Assembly (NCBI GenBank): GCA_021613535.1
Contig: CP075495.1
Location: 14,942,001-15,006,000, forward strand
Direction: 5' to 3'
DNA length: 64,000 bases
Origin: Adineta vaga
Taxonomy: Eukaryota > Animalia > Rotifera
Positions 1 through 12,563 of the stretch are shown piece after piece. Every line of letters begins with the position of its first letter. The stretch's first letter is position 1. The notes beneath the pieces are model-generated. The model searched no databases, was not told where the DNA came from, and saw nothing but the letters and a program-made list of their open reading frames with translations. The position numbers were made by a program, and so were the translations under genes.

Positions 1-548
1 TTTGCTGCTTTAGGACTAGTACCATGATAACTTACAATCCATTTATCCCAAATATTTTCCACTTTTGCTTGCGCTTCGTCAACATACAAACCAAAACGAA
101 CCCAACCACGTGGAATAACATATTTCGAATTTCCTGCTGTAAGAAAATCTCGGCTAGTTACTGAATAACAGTTTTTACAATAACATCTATTTTGTTGTCG
201 ATTGAAAAGTTTTTTTGAAATTCCTAATGTTAACATATACTCTAAGCACAAAAAGAAATAACCACAAGAATTTACTGTTGTAGTGCTTGGCGAACGAACT
301 AAACCTGCTGTAGAATGTGCTCGTCGATCTATACCAGTTCGATGTGGTAGGTCAGTAGCTCCTTCAAATGTTCGTTTAGGCGAAGAGAATGATAGGCCAG
401 GTTTTACAGGTGAATGTGTTGAAGCAACGGCTGTGGTATTGGAAACAAATTGTCTATCACATTTACATGTGAGACAATACCCAATTCCATTTGATGGTGG
501 TCGAATAAACGATTTCGATACTTTACAAAAAGTACATTCATATAACAT
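1..548 (-). CDS. NEURL4-like ADP-ribosyltransferase-fold protein with N-terminal CxxC..CxxC zinc ribbon (3' end outside window)
   Basis: Not in the ORF track because it runs off the left edge. Open from ATG 548: MLYECTFCK..YCLTCKC..RCYCKNC..YVIPRGWVRFGL..IWDKWIVSYHGTSPKAA; CYCxxC/GWxRFGL/YHGT match the NEURL4 C-terminal ART-like domain. Confidence 0.8.
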   Translation of the reverse strand, partial: MLYECTFCKVSKSFIRPPSNGIGYCLTCKCDRQFVSNTTAVASTHSPVKPGLSFSSPKRTFEGATDLPHRTGIDRRAHSTAGLVRSPSTTTVNSCGYFFLCLEYMLTLGISKKLFNRQQNRCYCKNCYSVTSRDFLTAGNSKYVIPRGWVRFGLYVDEAQAKVENIWDKWIVSYHGTSPKAA

Positions 549-943
549 GATAAAAGTATTAAAATTATATTCAAAATCTAGAAATAAATAACAAAATCTT
601 TCACCATCATGATTTATTTTTAGGAAAATTTCGAAATTATGTCATTTTCTTCACTGAAAATGATCTTATGTCAAATGTGATCATCTATTAATAATGCTTC
701 ACCGAAAGAAAGAGTAAAATATCTTCCAATATAGTTAGTTGGAAATTTTGTCTTCGATACAGCACATGTTATATATAACTTAAGATTTTGTCTCAGTAAC
801 GATATGCTGATAAGCATCGGTAGTTACAAAATAAAAAAGCAAATGTTGACAAATCTGTATGTTGCCGAGTGAAGTCGATAAGACAATCGCACAAGAAAAA
901 ATCGTGGAATAGAAATACACACTGATATACAAAGAAACAAATT

Positions 944-2067
944 ATGCCATCAGTTGATTTCTCAAATATCAAAAATGAAACATTATCTCCTACTAATTCA
1001 AATAAAACTTTTGAAATAGAGAGACCTTTACAGACCATGACACCATTATCATTCAAAGTACTAACAACTACAGGTAAGATTTTCGCCGAAAATGATGATT
1101 TATAAAAGAGATTTATTTATTGATTTAGCACAATCACCATCACCACGAAATGGACTCAGTGGTGGTCAAATTGCTGGCATAGTTTCTGGTGTCATAGGTT
1201 TTTTTATTGTATTTGCTTTAATTTATTATTGTTATCGGCGACAAAAACGCCGTAAGTTAGAATAGTATATTTGCTCGATTAAAACTCATATAAAGTTTAA
1301 TGGAGTTCAGATAAACCATCTTCATCAAGTCCAGTTACTCCACCTGCTAAACCTTCGTAAGTATATAAATATAACTTCATTATGTTATTTCTTATATTCA
1401 TACTGGATTTGTCTTTAGTCAGCCAAATCCCATTGTATCACCTCCATCAGAACCGCCAATAGCTCATACGATACTTCAGTGTAGGCAACCACTCTGTGAA
1501 GAATATCTTAAAAGATTTAAAATTCCAGATGCTTTCTTTAATAAGAAATATGACAAATGTTTCTGTAGAAAATGCCATAGTCCATCAGATAAAAAAGGTA
1601 CATGTGGACATTGGTGCAATGAACTACATCGTTGGACTCGTTTTGGTTTAAGTATAAATGATGCACATGCAAAACAATGGAAAATTTTTCGTGATTGGAA
1701 GACGAGCTATTATGGAACAACATCGGATCGACTATTTGCAATTATACGTAATCGTTTCGTTCCATTGGATAATGATCAACTTGCTGATGGAAAGTTATTT
1801 ATTAGTGGACATGCCGATAAGACACATTGTAACACATCACCTTCCCTAATGTGTGCCAGTCAACCGAAGTTTAGCGCTCCCTCGAGATTTCGAGCACCCG
1901 ATGGGAATAATTACAACGTTCAAGTAGTATTACAATGTAAACAAAATCCAGATACAATTATTGGTGATAAAAGTGCAGCATCTTCCACCAGAGGCATCGT
2001 ATGGAAAACACAAGCACGATGTACTGTCGTTCCATATGCATTATTTATTCGATTACAGAAACTATAA
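944..2067 (+). CDS. Single-pass membrane protein with cytoplasmic degenerate NEURL4-like ART domain (315 aa, 4 exons)
   Basis: Exons 944-1073, 1129-1251, 1311-1356, 1419-2067, GT-AG and phase-consistent. TM GGQIAGIVSGVIGFFIVFALIYYCY then RRQKR, Pro-rich linker, then CFCRKC..WTRFGL..SYYGT..SPSLMCA..VQVVLQCKQNP..IVW..VPYALFIR. Confidence 0.8.
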
Positions 2068-2341
2068 CTTAGAATTAATTGATCTATATTTTCACATGTT
2101 TACGACAGTGAAAGATAATTTGAATAGTTCGATTTTAATCATTATTTCTGAAATAAAATCCTATTCTATGAGTAGAATCCAGTCAAAATATAAAAGATTA
2201 ATTTTTGTTTTGCTAATTCACTGCTAATCTCTTAATATGTTTTTAAATATAAAAAATAAAAAAAATATCGAACAATAGATACTAAAGCTGTCATTCATTC
2301 ATTCGTACGTATACATTTATTGAAAGCGCATCGTCATTAAT

Positions 2342-4048
2342 ATGAAATATATCAGTGTGTTTCTTTTTCTTGTTCTTATCGTCTATACAGAAACAAAGTG
2401 GAATAATACTCGAGCAGTGAACTGTAATGATCTTGCCTGTAATAATGGTCGATGTATTGATGAAACTCAAGGACCGAGATGTCTATGTGATGAAGGTTTT
2501 ATTGGTAGTAATTGTAATCAACAAGGTTCAGATTTCTATCGTCGAACACAACTCATACCTGGACTTGCTGATCCTGATATTCTAGCAGTGAACGATGACC
2601 TATTTTATTTGTCGGGCACTTCTGATGGTATGGTTTTACCAATTTATCAATCGACGAATCTAATTAATTATCAATTAAAAGTTACATACAATCCATCTGC
2701 TATTGATTCGACATATAACTATTGTTTTCTTTGGGCACCTGATCTTTCGAAACGTGGTACTGGTTATGATTTATACTTCTCTGCTCAACGAGTTTCGAAA
2801 GGTGCACCATGTCCCGCTAATGGACAAGATGTAACGACATTTCTTGCTCGTGCTTCGGATAATAATCTCATCTTTAGTACGCCAGTACTTGTTGATTTTG
2901 GACCGTCGGCTCCGAAAGGAAGAATTGCTTCAGGTTGTAATGGTGATGGTTGTTTAAAAACAGTTCGAATTGATTCTGCTGTGGTGGGACCAGAAAATGA
3001 TCGCTGGTTTTTCTACGTCTGGTTTACAGCTGGAAATAATATAGCTGCATTTCCTTTTGCATCACCAACTAGTATGGTAGCTAATGCTGGACCAGCTTCT
3101 TTTTCTATTCCTGCTAGTGATGAAAAGATTAATGAAGCACCAGAAGTCTTCTGGCGTGATGGACAATATTATTTCTTCATTAGTACAGCATTCTTCGATA
3201 GTCAATATGCAATGTCCTATGTAATGGCACCAACAATCGCGGATTTAACTCGTAGACGTGCCGTACGTACTCATTCCCTTGCACAACGAAACTCAGCCGG
3301 ACGACTCGTTCAAACACATGGACATAATTCTATAGTTGCACGACGAGGTCAATTCTTTAATGTATTTCATCAAGGTGTTTTTGACGGTAATGGACGAATG
3401 ATCCGACGAGATACATTTAAACAACGTATTGCATTTCGATCCGATGGTTCAATACATACATTGAATACTATCGATATCCGTTGGACTCAACTTCCACTAC
3501 ATCAATATTCTATCGATATAGTGAAGAAAGACGGATCGACTGTTGGTCCTTGTATTGCTGTTGGTCGTATTGGATCGACATTAGAAACAACATATACAGG
3601 TATATGTCCAGATGGTGGTAATCAATTGATAAACAAAGGTGATATTGCTGCATTTCGATTATTTTATTCACAGAATCAAGTATGGAAAGATTTTGCTGAA
3701 GTTAAATATGATGGAGTATCAGATCAGTTAGCTTTTTATTTATCAAATGGAAATACGAAACACATAGTTCTTCGTTGGAATGAACGTATAACAGGTACAA
3801 GATATTCTCTCGATGTTCGTCGTAAAGATGGCACATGGGTTGCACCTTGTGTTGCTGATGCAATTATTGGTACTCAAATTGAATATGTTTTCGATGGTAA
3901 TTGTCAAACAGCCAAAGTTTTTGTTGAACCTCGTGATATCACACATATTCGAATGTGTTCTGCTATAAATAATGACTGGGCGCGTGCAATATGTGGCGAA
4001 GTTGCTTATGATGGAAAGATAATCCATGTTTATGTACGCATACCATAA
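2342..4048 (+). CDS. Secreted EGF-domain + GH43 glycoside hydrolase with two C-terminal repeats
   Basis: Signal peptide; EGF (C..CNNGRC..CLCDEGFIGSNC); GH43 motifs ADPD, WAPD, IDS, NEAP, GHNS; intronless. Confidence 0.85.
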   Translation: MKYISVFLFLVLIVYTETKWNNTRAVNCNDLACNNGRCIDETQGPRCLCDEGFIGSNCNQQGSDFYRRTQLIPGLADPDILAVNDDLFYLSGTSDGMVLPIYQSTNLINYQLKVTYNPSAIDSTYNYCFLWAPDLSKRGTGYDLYFSAQRVSKGAPCPANGQDVTTFLARASDNNLIFSTPVLVDFGPSAPKGRIASGCNGDGCLKTVRIDSAVVGPENDRWFFYVWFTAGNNIAAFPFASPTSMVANAGPASFSIPASDEKINEAPEVFWRDGQYYFFISTAFFDSQYAMSYVMAPTIADLTRRRAVRTHSLAQRNSAGRLVQTHGHNSIVARRGQFFNVFHQGVFDGNGRMIRRDTFKQRIAFRSDGSIHTLNTIDIRWTQLPLHQYSIDIVKKDGSTVGPCIAVGRIGSTLETTYTGICPDGGNQLINKGDIAAFRLFYSQNQVWKDFAEVKYDGVSDQLAFYLSNGNTKHIVLRWNERITGTRYSLDVRRKDGTWVAPCVADAIIGTQIEYVFDGNCQTAKVFVEPRDITHIRMCSAINNDWARAICGEVAYDGKIIHVYVRIP

Positions 4049-4211
4049 TCAAACAATATGTCGAGAACTTTCATTTTCAATAATAAAAAAACATAAGAGT
4101 AGTTGTCATAGAGACATTCTTTTTCTTTATTGAAAATAATATTTATTCACCTGAACACAATCAATTACATATGTCTACTAGAGGAAAACTTATTTTAAAA
4201 AAATCAAATAA

Positions 4212-5368
4212 TTAAACTGTCGAAACATATTCATTTTGTTTTCGGATCACTCGTGATCGTTTACCTTTTGTTGGTTTTTGACTTATACAACGATAATTCA
4301 ATAATAAGAGAAGTAAAAGAATTTGACTGACGATAGCCATTACAAGTGCTACAGTTCCAAAACTAATCTTTTTTGATTTATTAGTACTAGCCATTGACTG
4401 AACAATTTTATTGACGACTGCTCCTAATCTTACTCCACCTTGTATTAATCGTTGTTCAAGAACAACCATTCGTGTATTATAATATGTTTGACCAAGTTCA
4501 AATTCTTTTGAAACATTCATTGGTTGATTATTTTCATCGCGATAAACAAGATCACAATTAAGTTTGGCATCTTCTTGTATCCATATTGTTGAACAAGCAA
4601 GATAACGTGATTCATCCGAAGATGAACAATTTGTCCAATCGGAGATATTTTTCGCATATTGTGTTTTCATTTGATTAACTAAATATTGAAGATATTGAGA
4701 TGGTTGAGAATGAAAATCTTGTGTAATACGACGTTCAATCATAACAGTATCCCAAAGTGAATGCAGATTGGTTTGTTTACCAAAGAAATGACCTATGTGT
4801 AAAAAGAACAACATCAAAAATATATTTTTTTCTAATTATTATTTAAAGATTTACCTCGAATACTATTACCACCACGATCTCCGTGAAATCCAGCATGTAA
4901 TGGTTGATGTGCATCACCAATAAAATGGACAAGAAATTTCAAGGCTTCTTGACGTTGTACGTCATCTTGTTGTGAATCTGCTAATCTTTTCGTATAATTT
5001 TGAATTGATCCATCCACACATTGTTGTCCACCTGACCAGTCACAATCTTGTTCACGATCATAAGTACATGCCCAATCTTTTGTATCAGCATAATGTAATT
5101 GTTTTGACCATTGCCAATTAAGATAATCAACTGGATTTGTATCAGGATAAATGATATAATCAGGCCATGATGCTAACATACTTAAATTGCCTGATGTATA
5201 CCATGGTAGATGATTACGTACAAATGTCGATGATTCTTCAGTGAGAAATGTTTGAGCAATAGCAGCAACTAGAGCATGACCATCTTCACCCCAGCCGTGC
5301 ACTGAACTATACGAAGTTAATAAGAAGACAACGGAAAATAATGTTGTTGAAGAAAAATATGAAAACAT
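4212..5368 (-). CDS. S1/P1 family nuclease with signal peptide and C-terminal TM anchor (364 aa, 2 exons)
   Basis: Exons 5368-4855 and 4792-4212. Motifs WGEDGH, WPD, HYAD, HFIGDAHQPLH, NLHSLWD; hydrophobic C-terminal segment followed by a basic tail. Confidence 0.9.
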
Positions 5369-6210
5369 GTTATTCTTATGGTGATAACGTTTAAAATGTA
5401 TTCATTATTTAAGTTTGATATTTTACAGGTAGATAATAACTTAAGATAATTTCGTGGTCCAAAATACAAAAACACGTTTTATATGATATAGTTTCATCAT
5501 CTATCTAACTGAAACAGATGAATCTTTTTCTCTTTTGTTTGTTCGAAAAAAAAGCAATGCGTACAGAAAGAAAAACAGCGTTTTTATCTTTTACCTACAA
5601 AAACAAAAAATCTTTTCTTCATCAAGTGTTGATGACTTCTATGAAACATATAACTATGTAAATTGTGTGTTGAATCATTAGAAGTTTTCTGTATGCATAA
5701 GAAGAAGTATTCCATTTGATTGTTCTTCAAATATGAAACATAGATAACGTTTTAATTGTGATTTAGTAATAGATAGAAGAATGGTGTTTTCAACTAACAA
5801 GTCTAATCCGAATAATTTGAAAATTAATCACGACATCAATCAACTAGTGACCTCTGCAGTAGATTTCTAAAGAGGTTATAATCAATAATTGTCATCGGTT
5901 ATAAGATGAACCATCGGAAATAATCTGTAAATGATTCTCTTTCTTTTTCTGCTTGAAACATATGAATGACGTAAGAATTCTACTTTGATCAATACTCTCT
6001 TTTCATTTCATCACATCTTAATGAAAAAAAGAGTCTTTTTTTCCACAAGGAATTATATTTATCTTCAAAAATATATAAACAAACGAATTAAAATTCTCTT
6101 CTTTTCTCTCTTTCTCTCGATATTTAATCATGATGACGTAATAAAAACGTTCTTGCACAATATCTGACCATAATTTTCTAATTCAGATATTTCTCCCTCT
6201 TTTAAAGAGT

Positions 6211-6504
6211 ATGAATCTACCACAACCACAAGCAAATAAGGTCGAACATGATACCTTGTCGCTCATATCTCAACATATGTACGTTAAACATCGAAATATT
6301 TTTATTGGTATTGGTGCAGTTGTTGTAACTGGTTTAACAACATTTGTCATACTTCGTAATTATTCATATAATACTCGAGATCGTCTAGTTAAAATTCGTC
6401 GTGAAATTCAAGATGTTAAACCTGGTTCGGAATCTGTCCTTGAAGCTTATCATGAAAAATTAAAAAAACGACAAGCTGAAAAAGAACTTCGAGAAAAAAA
6501 TTGA
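6211..6504 (+). CDS. Small single-TM protein of unknown function (97 aa)
   Basis: ATG-to-stop ORF with typical codon usage; one hydrophobic segment (IFIGIGAVVVTGLTTFVIL) and a charged helical tail. Confidence 0.65.
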   Translation: MNLPQPQANKVEHDTLSLISQHMYVKHRNIFIGIGAVVVTGLTTFVILRNYSYNTRDRLVKIRREIQDVKPGSESVLEAYHEKLKKRQAEKELREKN

Positions 6505-6576
6505 ATTTTCTTTTGTCCCTAGATTTGTCTGTGTTTTTCTCCTTTTTAGATTAATTTGTTTTTGTTTTATTTCGAT

Positions 6577-7390
6577 ATGACACGAATTAAACGTCCTTTA
6601 TTTGGTGGTGCTATTCAAGCCTTTTTACCCGATAGAAATATCGATGCGAGGTATGAACATAAAGAAAGTTTTTTCTTAGAAATGTATTCAATTTATTTTT
6701 AGTTCGATTCGACTTGTACCGAATAATCAAGAAGTTTATATGCACGCAGAATCAGATCAAAGTATTATTGTAGAAATTCTCGAACGTGTCGATGAAGTTT
6801 CCGACGAAAATGCAATTAAGTAAGAAAAAATCTTCTCGAAAATATTATTATTGACAGACAATTTTCGTTTTAGATATCATTTCGATGCATTAGCAGAAGC
6901 AAATAATGCAGAAAATGTTCAAGATCATATCATCGATAAAATCGAATCAATTCCAATAACTTCACTGAATGTTCAACGGTAAGATTGAATTCTCATCTGA
7001 TTTCGTTTTATTTCCTTTGTTTTTGTTAAGATTAACATCTGCTTGGTATTTATTCGGTCGACAACAAGTTTCCAAATATCATGAACAAGCAAAAAATATT
7101 GTTCATTTACATCTATGTCTTCTTCGTTTGGGTGGTGAAATTGCTACAGATATTCTCATTTCATTCAACGATCCAGTTCTTGTCAAGTAAATTTTGAATT
7201 TCGAAGAGAAAGAACGAACGAAGAATTTTCATGTTTTTCTTTTAGTTCACAAAGCAGTAGTAACGATGAACAAATACAAAATGGTTCTCGATGGACATTT
7301 GATGATTTTAAAGAATTTTTTTCTTCATTCGAAGTAGTTGACTATGGATTATTCGTTCCAACAACAACAGATGATGTTGATATGTCATAA
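6577..7390 (+). CDS. RANGRF: Ran guanine nucleotide release factor (MOG1), 5 exons
   Basis: Exons 6577-6650, 6703-6819, 6874-6978, 7031-7186, 7246-7390. RPLFGGAI..P..DAS.IR.VP.NQEV..DQSIIVEILE..YHF..LRL..TDILISFNDP. Confidence 0.9.
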
Positions 7391-8247
7391 ATTGTATTTT
7401 AAATGTCAAACAAGAGTCTTTTTGATAAAATTCATTCTTTTATAAATAAAACTGCTGGACAAACTAACCGAATAGATCGCTTTTTTCCTATCTATAATGA
7501 TTAACAAGATGAATTTGATTACGTAGTATTGGTAGTTTCATATCCAATCCAAGTTTCACACTCGTTTGTTGATACATAATTACCTCCGAAAATGATATTC
7601 ATTTTGATTCTTACAAAAATCATAATAAAAATATCTTTTTCCACAAAAAGAAAACTGAATCTTGTCGAATATTAGTTTAATCGGAGAGATGTTATAAATT
7701 TCTCACGTGTTTTGAAAAAAATCGATCAGCGGAATGAATTTATTTTGTCTTTCTTCTTTTATGATAAAAACTCTCGAGAAAAACAAGTTCTTGATGACAA
7801 AAACAAACTTGTTTTGCATCTCACATGCTTCTGCTTCAAAGGAGACGTTAGTCTTATTTTGCAGCACGTTTTTTTCCTTTTCTGCATTAAGATTACCCTG
7901 CATATTTTTCCTTTCTCGCTCTCCCCCTTCTATTGAGTATGAATGACTTAAAATGCCTTGACATCTCGAATAATAATACCAAACAAAAAATCGACGTGTT
8001 TCTGACGATGATTATCATCAAAATTGGAATCTTCAAATCAATTTAGAAAGGTTTCTACAAAGACAAAAAAAATCTCGTAAGGACAAAAAAAAATAGATTG
8101 TTTTTTTCGGTTCAAGGTTAAAACATCGACACTGTTGTTTTTTTGTTTTCATAATATGCATCCGAAACACAATTATAGAAGGAATGTCTATTTTTCTTCC
8201 TCTTTTTTTTTCAGTTCCGATTTTAGCGTCAAGGTCAGTACGATTCA

Positions 8248-10872
8248 ATGCGTCATAGACAATCGTTATCGATTGAAAATACTTCGTCAATGTTATTCGA
8301 ACAATTACCTGATGAAATCCTATTAATTATATGTTCACATTTAAGTTCATTTCATATTATTAAAGCATTTAATGATTTAAATTATCGATTCAATTGTACG
8401 ATTAATCAATATAGACAACATCTCGATTTTCGCGGTTTAGATCTACGAAAATTTTATTTCTTTTGTAAAGTCTTACGCGTTAGTATTGGAAATCAAGTCC
8501 GTTCGATAATTCTATCTAATGCAGCACCATCTGTACGACAATTGACATTATTTCGTAAACAACTCGAACCTATTGTAGAATTATTACCTAACTTAGAACG
8601 ATTAACACTTCTTGATTATTATGATGATGAATTAGATCTTTATTTACCAATAATTTCAACATTAAAACATCTTAAAGAATTGAAAATAACTTTTATTAAA
8701 AATAAAAATGAAACAACTCTATGTAGTTTAATTAGTCAAATGTTAACAGATAATTTTGTTTATTTTGATCATTTACCAAAACGACGAAAACGTGATTTAT
8801 CGATATTAGAAAAATTATCTTTAACGGGAACTGGTTATTTAAAATTAACACCAATTTATAATGAAAAAATTACACATTTAACTTTAGAAATTGATAATAC
8901 CGATGATTTATTAGAAATTTTAACTGGTTTTGATCATCTACAATACTTAAACGTTAATATAAAACAATTAACAATATTAACGTCAAGCATGTAAGTATAT
9001 TAGAAGATTTCTTCCCTTGAGAAACATCATTACATTCGTAGTTTGCACTTTTATATTATTTACCTTTGATAGACTATGCCTACTTGATATAATTTTTCTC
9101 CGATTAAATTCATTGAAGAATACAGGAAATACGTTGTCAATAATGAGTAAAGTAGAAAGTCATGGAATATGTTTAATTTAGTGAAAAATTTAAGTTCCCA
9201 GATGATTTCAATAGTGTTATGTTCGTATTTTTTCCTGTTCTTTAAAATATAACCTGACTTTTATCAGGTATTAAAAACAGTAACTTCATATATCATGATC
9301 ATAAACAGCAAAATTGATTATAAATTGATGGATATATGAAAAGCTTGACAAAGAATATATATTTGTTAGAATGACTTTCATAAAAAAATATGACATCATC
9401 CATCAAAAACTTATCCGTCTGTTTGTTACCCATTAAATACGTCTTTTTTTTCCTATTTCTACATTTCCCGACATCTAAATGAATCTATTAAGATAATTTA
9501 GAAAAAATTATCATACATGAAAAGTAAGTCATGACATAAGAAAAGTTCATATCGTCATTTTTTTTCTCTAATTAACTGTGCCTGGATGGTATAAACAAGC
9601 AAACTCATACTTTACTTTTATTTTGTTTGTATTTGCAATGAAAAACGATTGATTATTTTCTTTAGTTATGATATTCTATCCGATGAACGAAAGGTTCAAT
9701 GTTTATCCTTAACTAATTTCCATTTTCAAACTAAATGGCAACCTGAAATCGTAACATTTAATCATTTTGTGTCAATATTAAATTGTATACCAAATCTACG
9801 ACATTTATCATGTACATTACGATCTGAATCTACTCAAGATAGTCTTGTTCATTCTGATTATATGAATGTAGATAAATGGCGTACGTTATTCAATGAATTT
9901 CATTCATTAATTGATTTAATTTGTACAATAAAATGTCCATTGAAAACATCGAATTATTCCGAATGTGATTTTCTACGAATTAATGCCAATGTTTCTCGTA
10001 CTTCCAATCGATCGATTGATATTCGTCTATGTTATAATAATGGAACATTCAATAATATCAAAAGTGATGTAAGTATTATTCGATTTAACTTGAGATATTG
10101 AAATACAAAGAAAAAGTAATGATTTTTATTCTTCTAGTTAACGTTAGAACTTGATATTCAAGATTTACATAAAATGACTGGAACACAATTAGCATCCAAA
10201 CTTCTTCGTAGTCATGAATTAACATTGTATAGTGATTTTTTTGTTGATGATGATAAACTTCTATCAACATTTCCGGAAACGTTAACATTACCAGATCATC
10301 TTGTATTTTCTCAAATACGAAGTCTTGATCTTCTTGGTGAATTTCCTAGTATGAATAACATATTTTTAGTTACATTTGTTGAACAACTTATTCGTCGATC
10401 ACCAAATCTTCATTCCATTGGATTCTTTCTCTATTGGGTAGAAAATATGACGGATTTAGTATTAAATTTTCTTCGTCCATTGAAAAATTATTTAAAACAA
10501 ATCAAAAAATGTTATCTTTATACTGAAGGTGATATTGATGAAAAATTTGTTTCGGAACTTGCGTATTTAATACCATCGTTAACATTATTATCGGTAAAAA
10601 TTGATTGGTATTGTAATACAGCTGAAGTTGTTAATTTATGTCTTCTTCATATGAAACATCTCATTCATTTGGAAATGGTTTTAGAAGACATACCGGATTA
10701 TTTAGATGAAGATTATATTGATCGAATTAAAATGGAAAAAGAAATTGAAACATTAGCGATGGCACGTGATACACGCGAATGGTTGAAACGAAATACAATT
10801 TTAGGAAAAAAAACATCGAATAGGATATTTCGTGCAGAAAAAAATGGAAATGATTTAAAAATTTGGCTTTGA
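8248..10872 (+). CDS. F-box/LRR-like protein, 3 exons
   Basis: F-box-like FEQLPDEILLIICSHL; LRR-like LxxLxL units; exons 8248-8990, 9666-10068, 10138-10872 in phase; ends KIWL. Start codon uncertain. Confidence 0.8.
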
Positions 10873-12563
10873 ATAAATCAAAAAATAAAAGATTTCTATT
10901 TTCTATTAAAAAAAAAGTGAAACATCTTTTTTCTTCTTATTTATTGATATTTATCCTATTTATGAGATAAATTAGTAAGACAAGTAATATTGATTGCTTC
11001 TTATTCTTTGTCAATATCATACTAGTAACGCTCATCTTCTGGATTCGCTGACCCTTTTCTGAAAGAATTATAACAATGCTCAGCATATTTAGAAACTTCG
11101 AATAACAAGAAACCCAATGCAAATGTTGATGGACCTTCTATCCAAGACAACACTTCTACAGCAAAATTCAGTAGCTTTATTCCAAAATTCTTAATGAGAA
11201 TTAAATTTTTTTACGCATACTAAAAAGTTAGTTTCACTCTCTTAATAATTATAACAAGCTATGCATTGAAATTTCTTTTGATCCTTTGCTGTAGGGATGC
11301 AATTCGGCCGATCGCCACGCTAAATATAAGATAAAGATTTGCCTTAGTTCCTGTATCAAATCACTTGATACTTCTCACAATTTTATTTATCCTTCCTCAT
11401 TTTAGCTACTAAAAATCTCTTAAGCAAACGCCTAGTCGTTCGTCGGCCACTCACGGCTAGCCGTTTCTATGCACTCCTCCACTACGTTCACTATTTTTGA
11501 ACCACTTTCGAAGCGAATATATGAATTTTCTTTAATTCCCTCTTTAAAAAGCAATAAGTTTGTTAATACAGTTCCACAAACGGAATTAAAAACAATAGGT
11601 ACTTTCTTATGGGTGGTCATAGTTACAGCACATTTGTCTAGCATAGATTTTCACATTGTTGGAATGTTCATTAACCTGTCTGATGAATATGAATATCCAA
11701 CGGTGGAATCATAATCCGGTACTCCGTTTTCGTCCAGATCTTTCAGCTGAAATTCTATCGAAAGATCTGATCTGTAGTGGTCAACAACACGAAAACGTTT
11801 AGCCAAAACTCATATCAGGCTCTTCATTCTTTTGATCATTTGACCTACAGTTTCCATGATACTCTTACTAAATCTTATATGTGGAACTTTTAAACGGTTC
11901 TAATGTTACATACAGCCACCAACACGGTCTAGTTGATTAGCTTTCATTATGATTTCAAAAAGGGATACCTACACAAAATGATTTTAGAAAGAAAAGGACA
12001 AAATGCCTATACAAAATTGATTAGAAAAAGCTGGCATCAGATTCGAAATCGTTATTATCGATGACGTTTGATCAACTTTTGACAAAAAATCGAAAAAACT
12101 TGAGTAGCGTAATTGGGAGGGGTTAAAGCACACCAAACATAAAAATTCACAAAAAACTAACCTCAGATTCGAGATCCTCGACCCCAATTACCCTTCGGTC
12201 AACCCTTATATGATAGTATATGAACGATTTACTGAATGCTGAATTGTGATTGGATGGGCCGGAGAGACAGACAAACTTTTTGCATTTCAAGCCGCCGATT
12301 TTAACGCTGTATAACCCTTTCTTTTAGAAAAAGGAATAAAATGAGTAACCATGGCTTTGTGCTGACAAAAAAAGAACAAAGTTATCACTAGAATTTTTTA
12401 TTCCTTTTCTAAAGATGAGTTGAATTGCGCTTGTTCGTTCTTTTTCTCACCATCTATGAGTGAAAACAAACTGTCGGTAATTTCCAACGTTGATAGTATC
12501 ACATCATATATAAAAGGGGGAAGACAGGTATTTTATTTCATATTCATTCTTCTTCATTGCGTT

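Noticed and set aside
283-591. 102-aa plus-strand ORF in the track
   Set aside because: Antisense shadow of the minus-strand ART gene starting at 548.
11100-12210. GC-richer patches, short ORFs (11432-11644, 11469-11714) and a 9-bp inverted repeat (12109/12183)
   Set aside because: Possibly decayed TE sequence, but no recognisable protein motif, TIR pair or TSD could be established.
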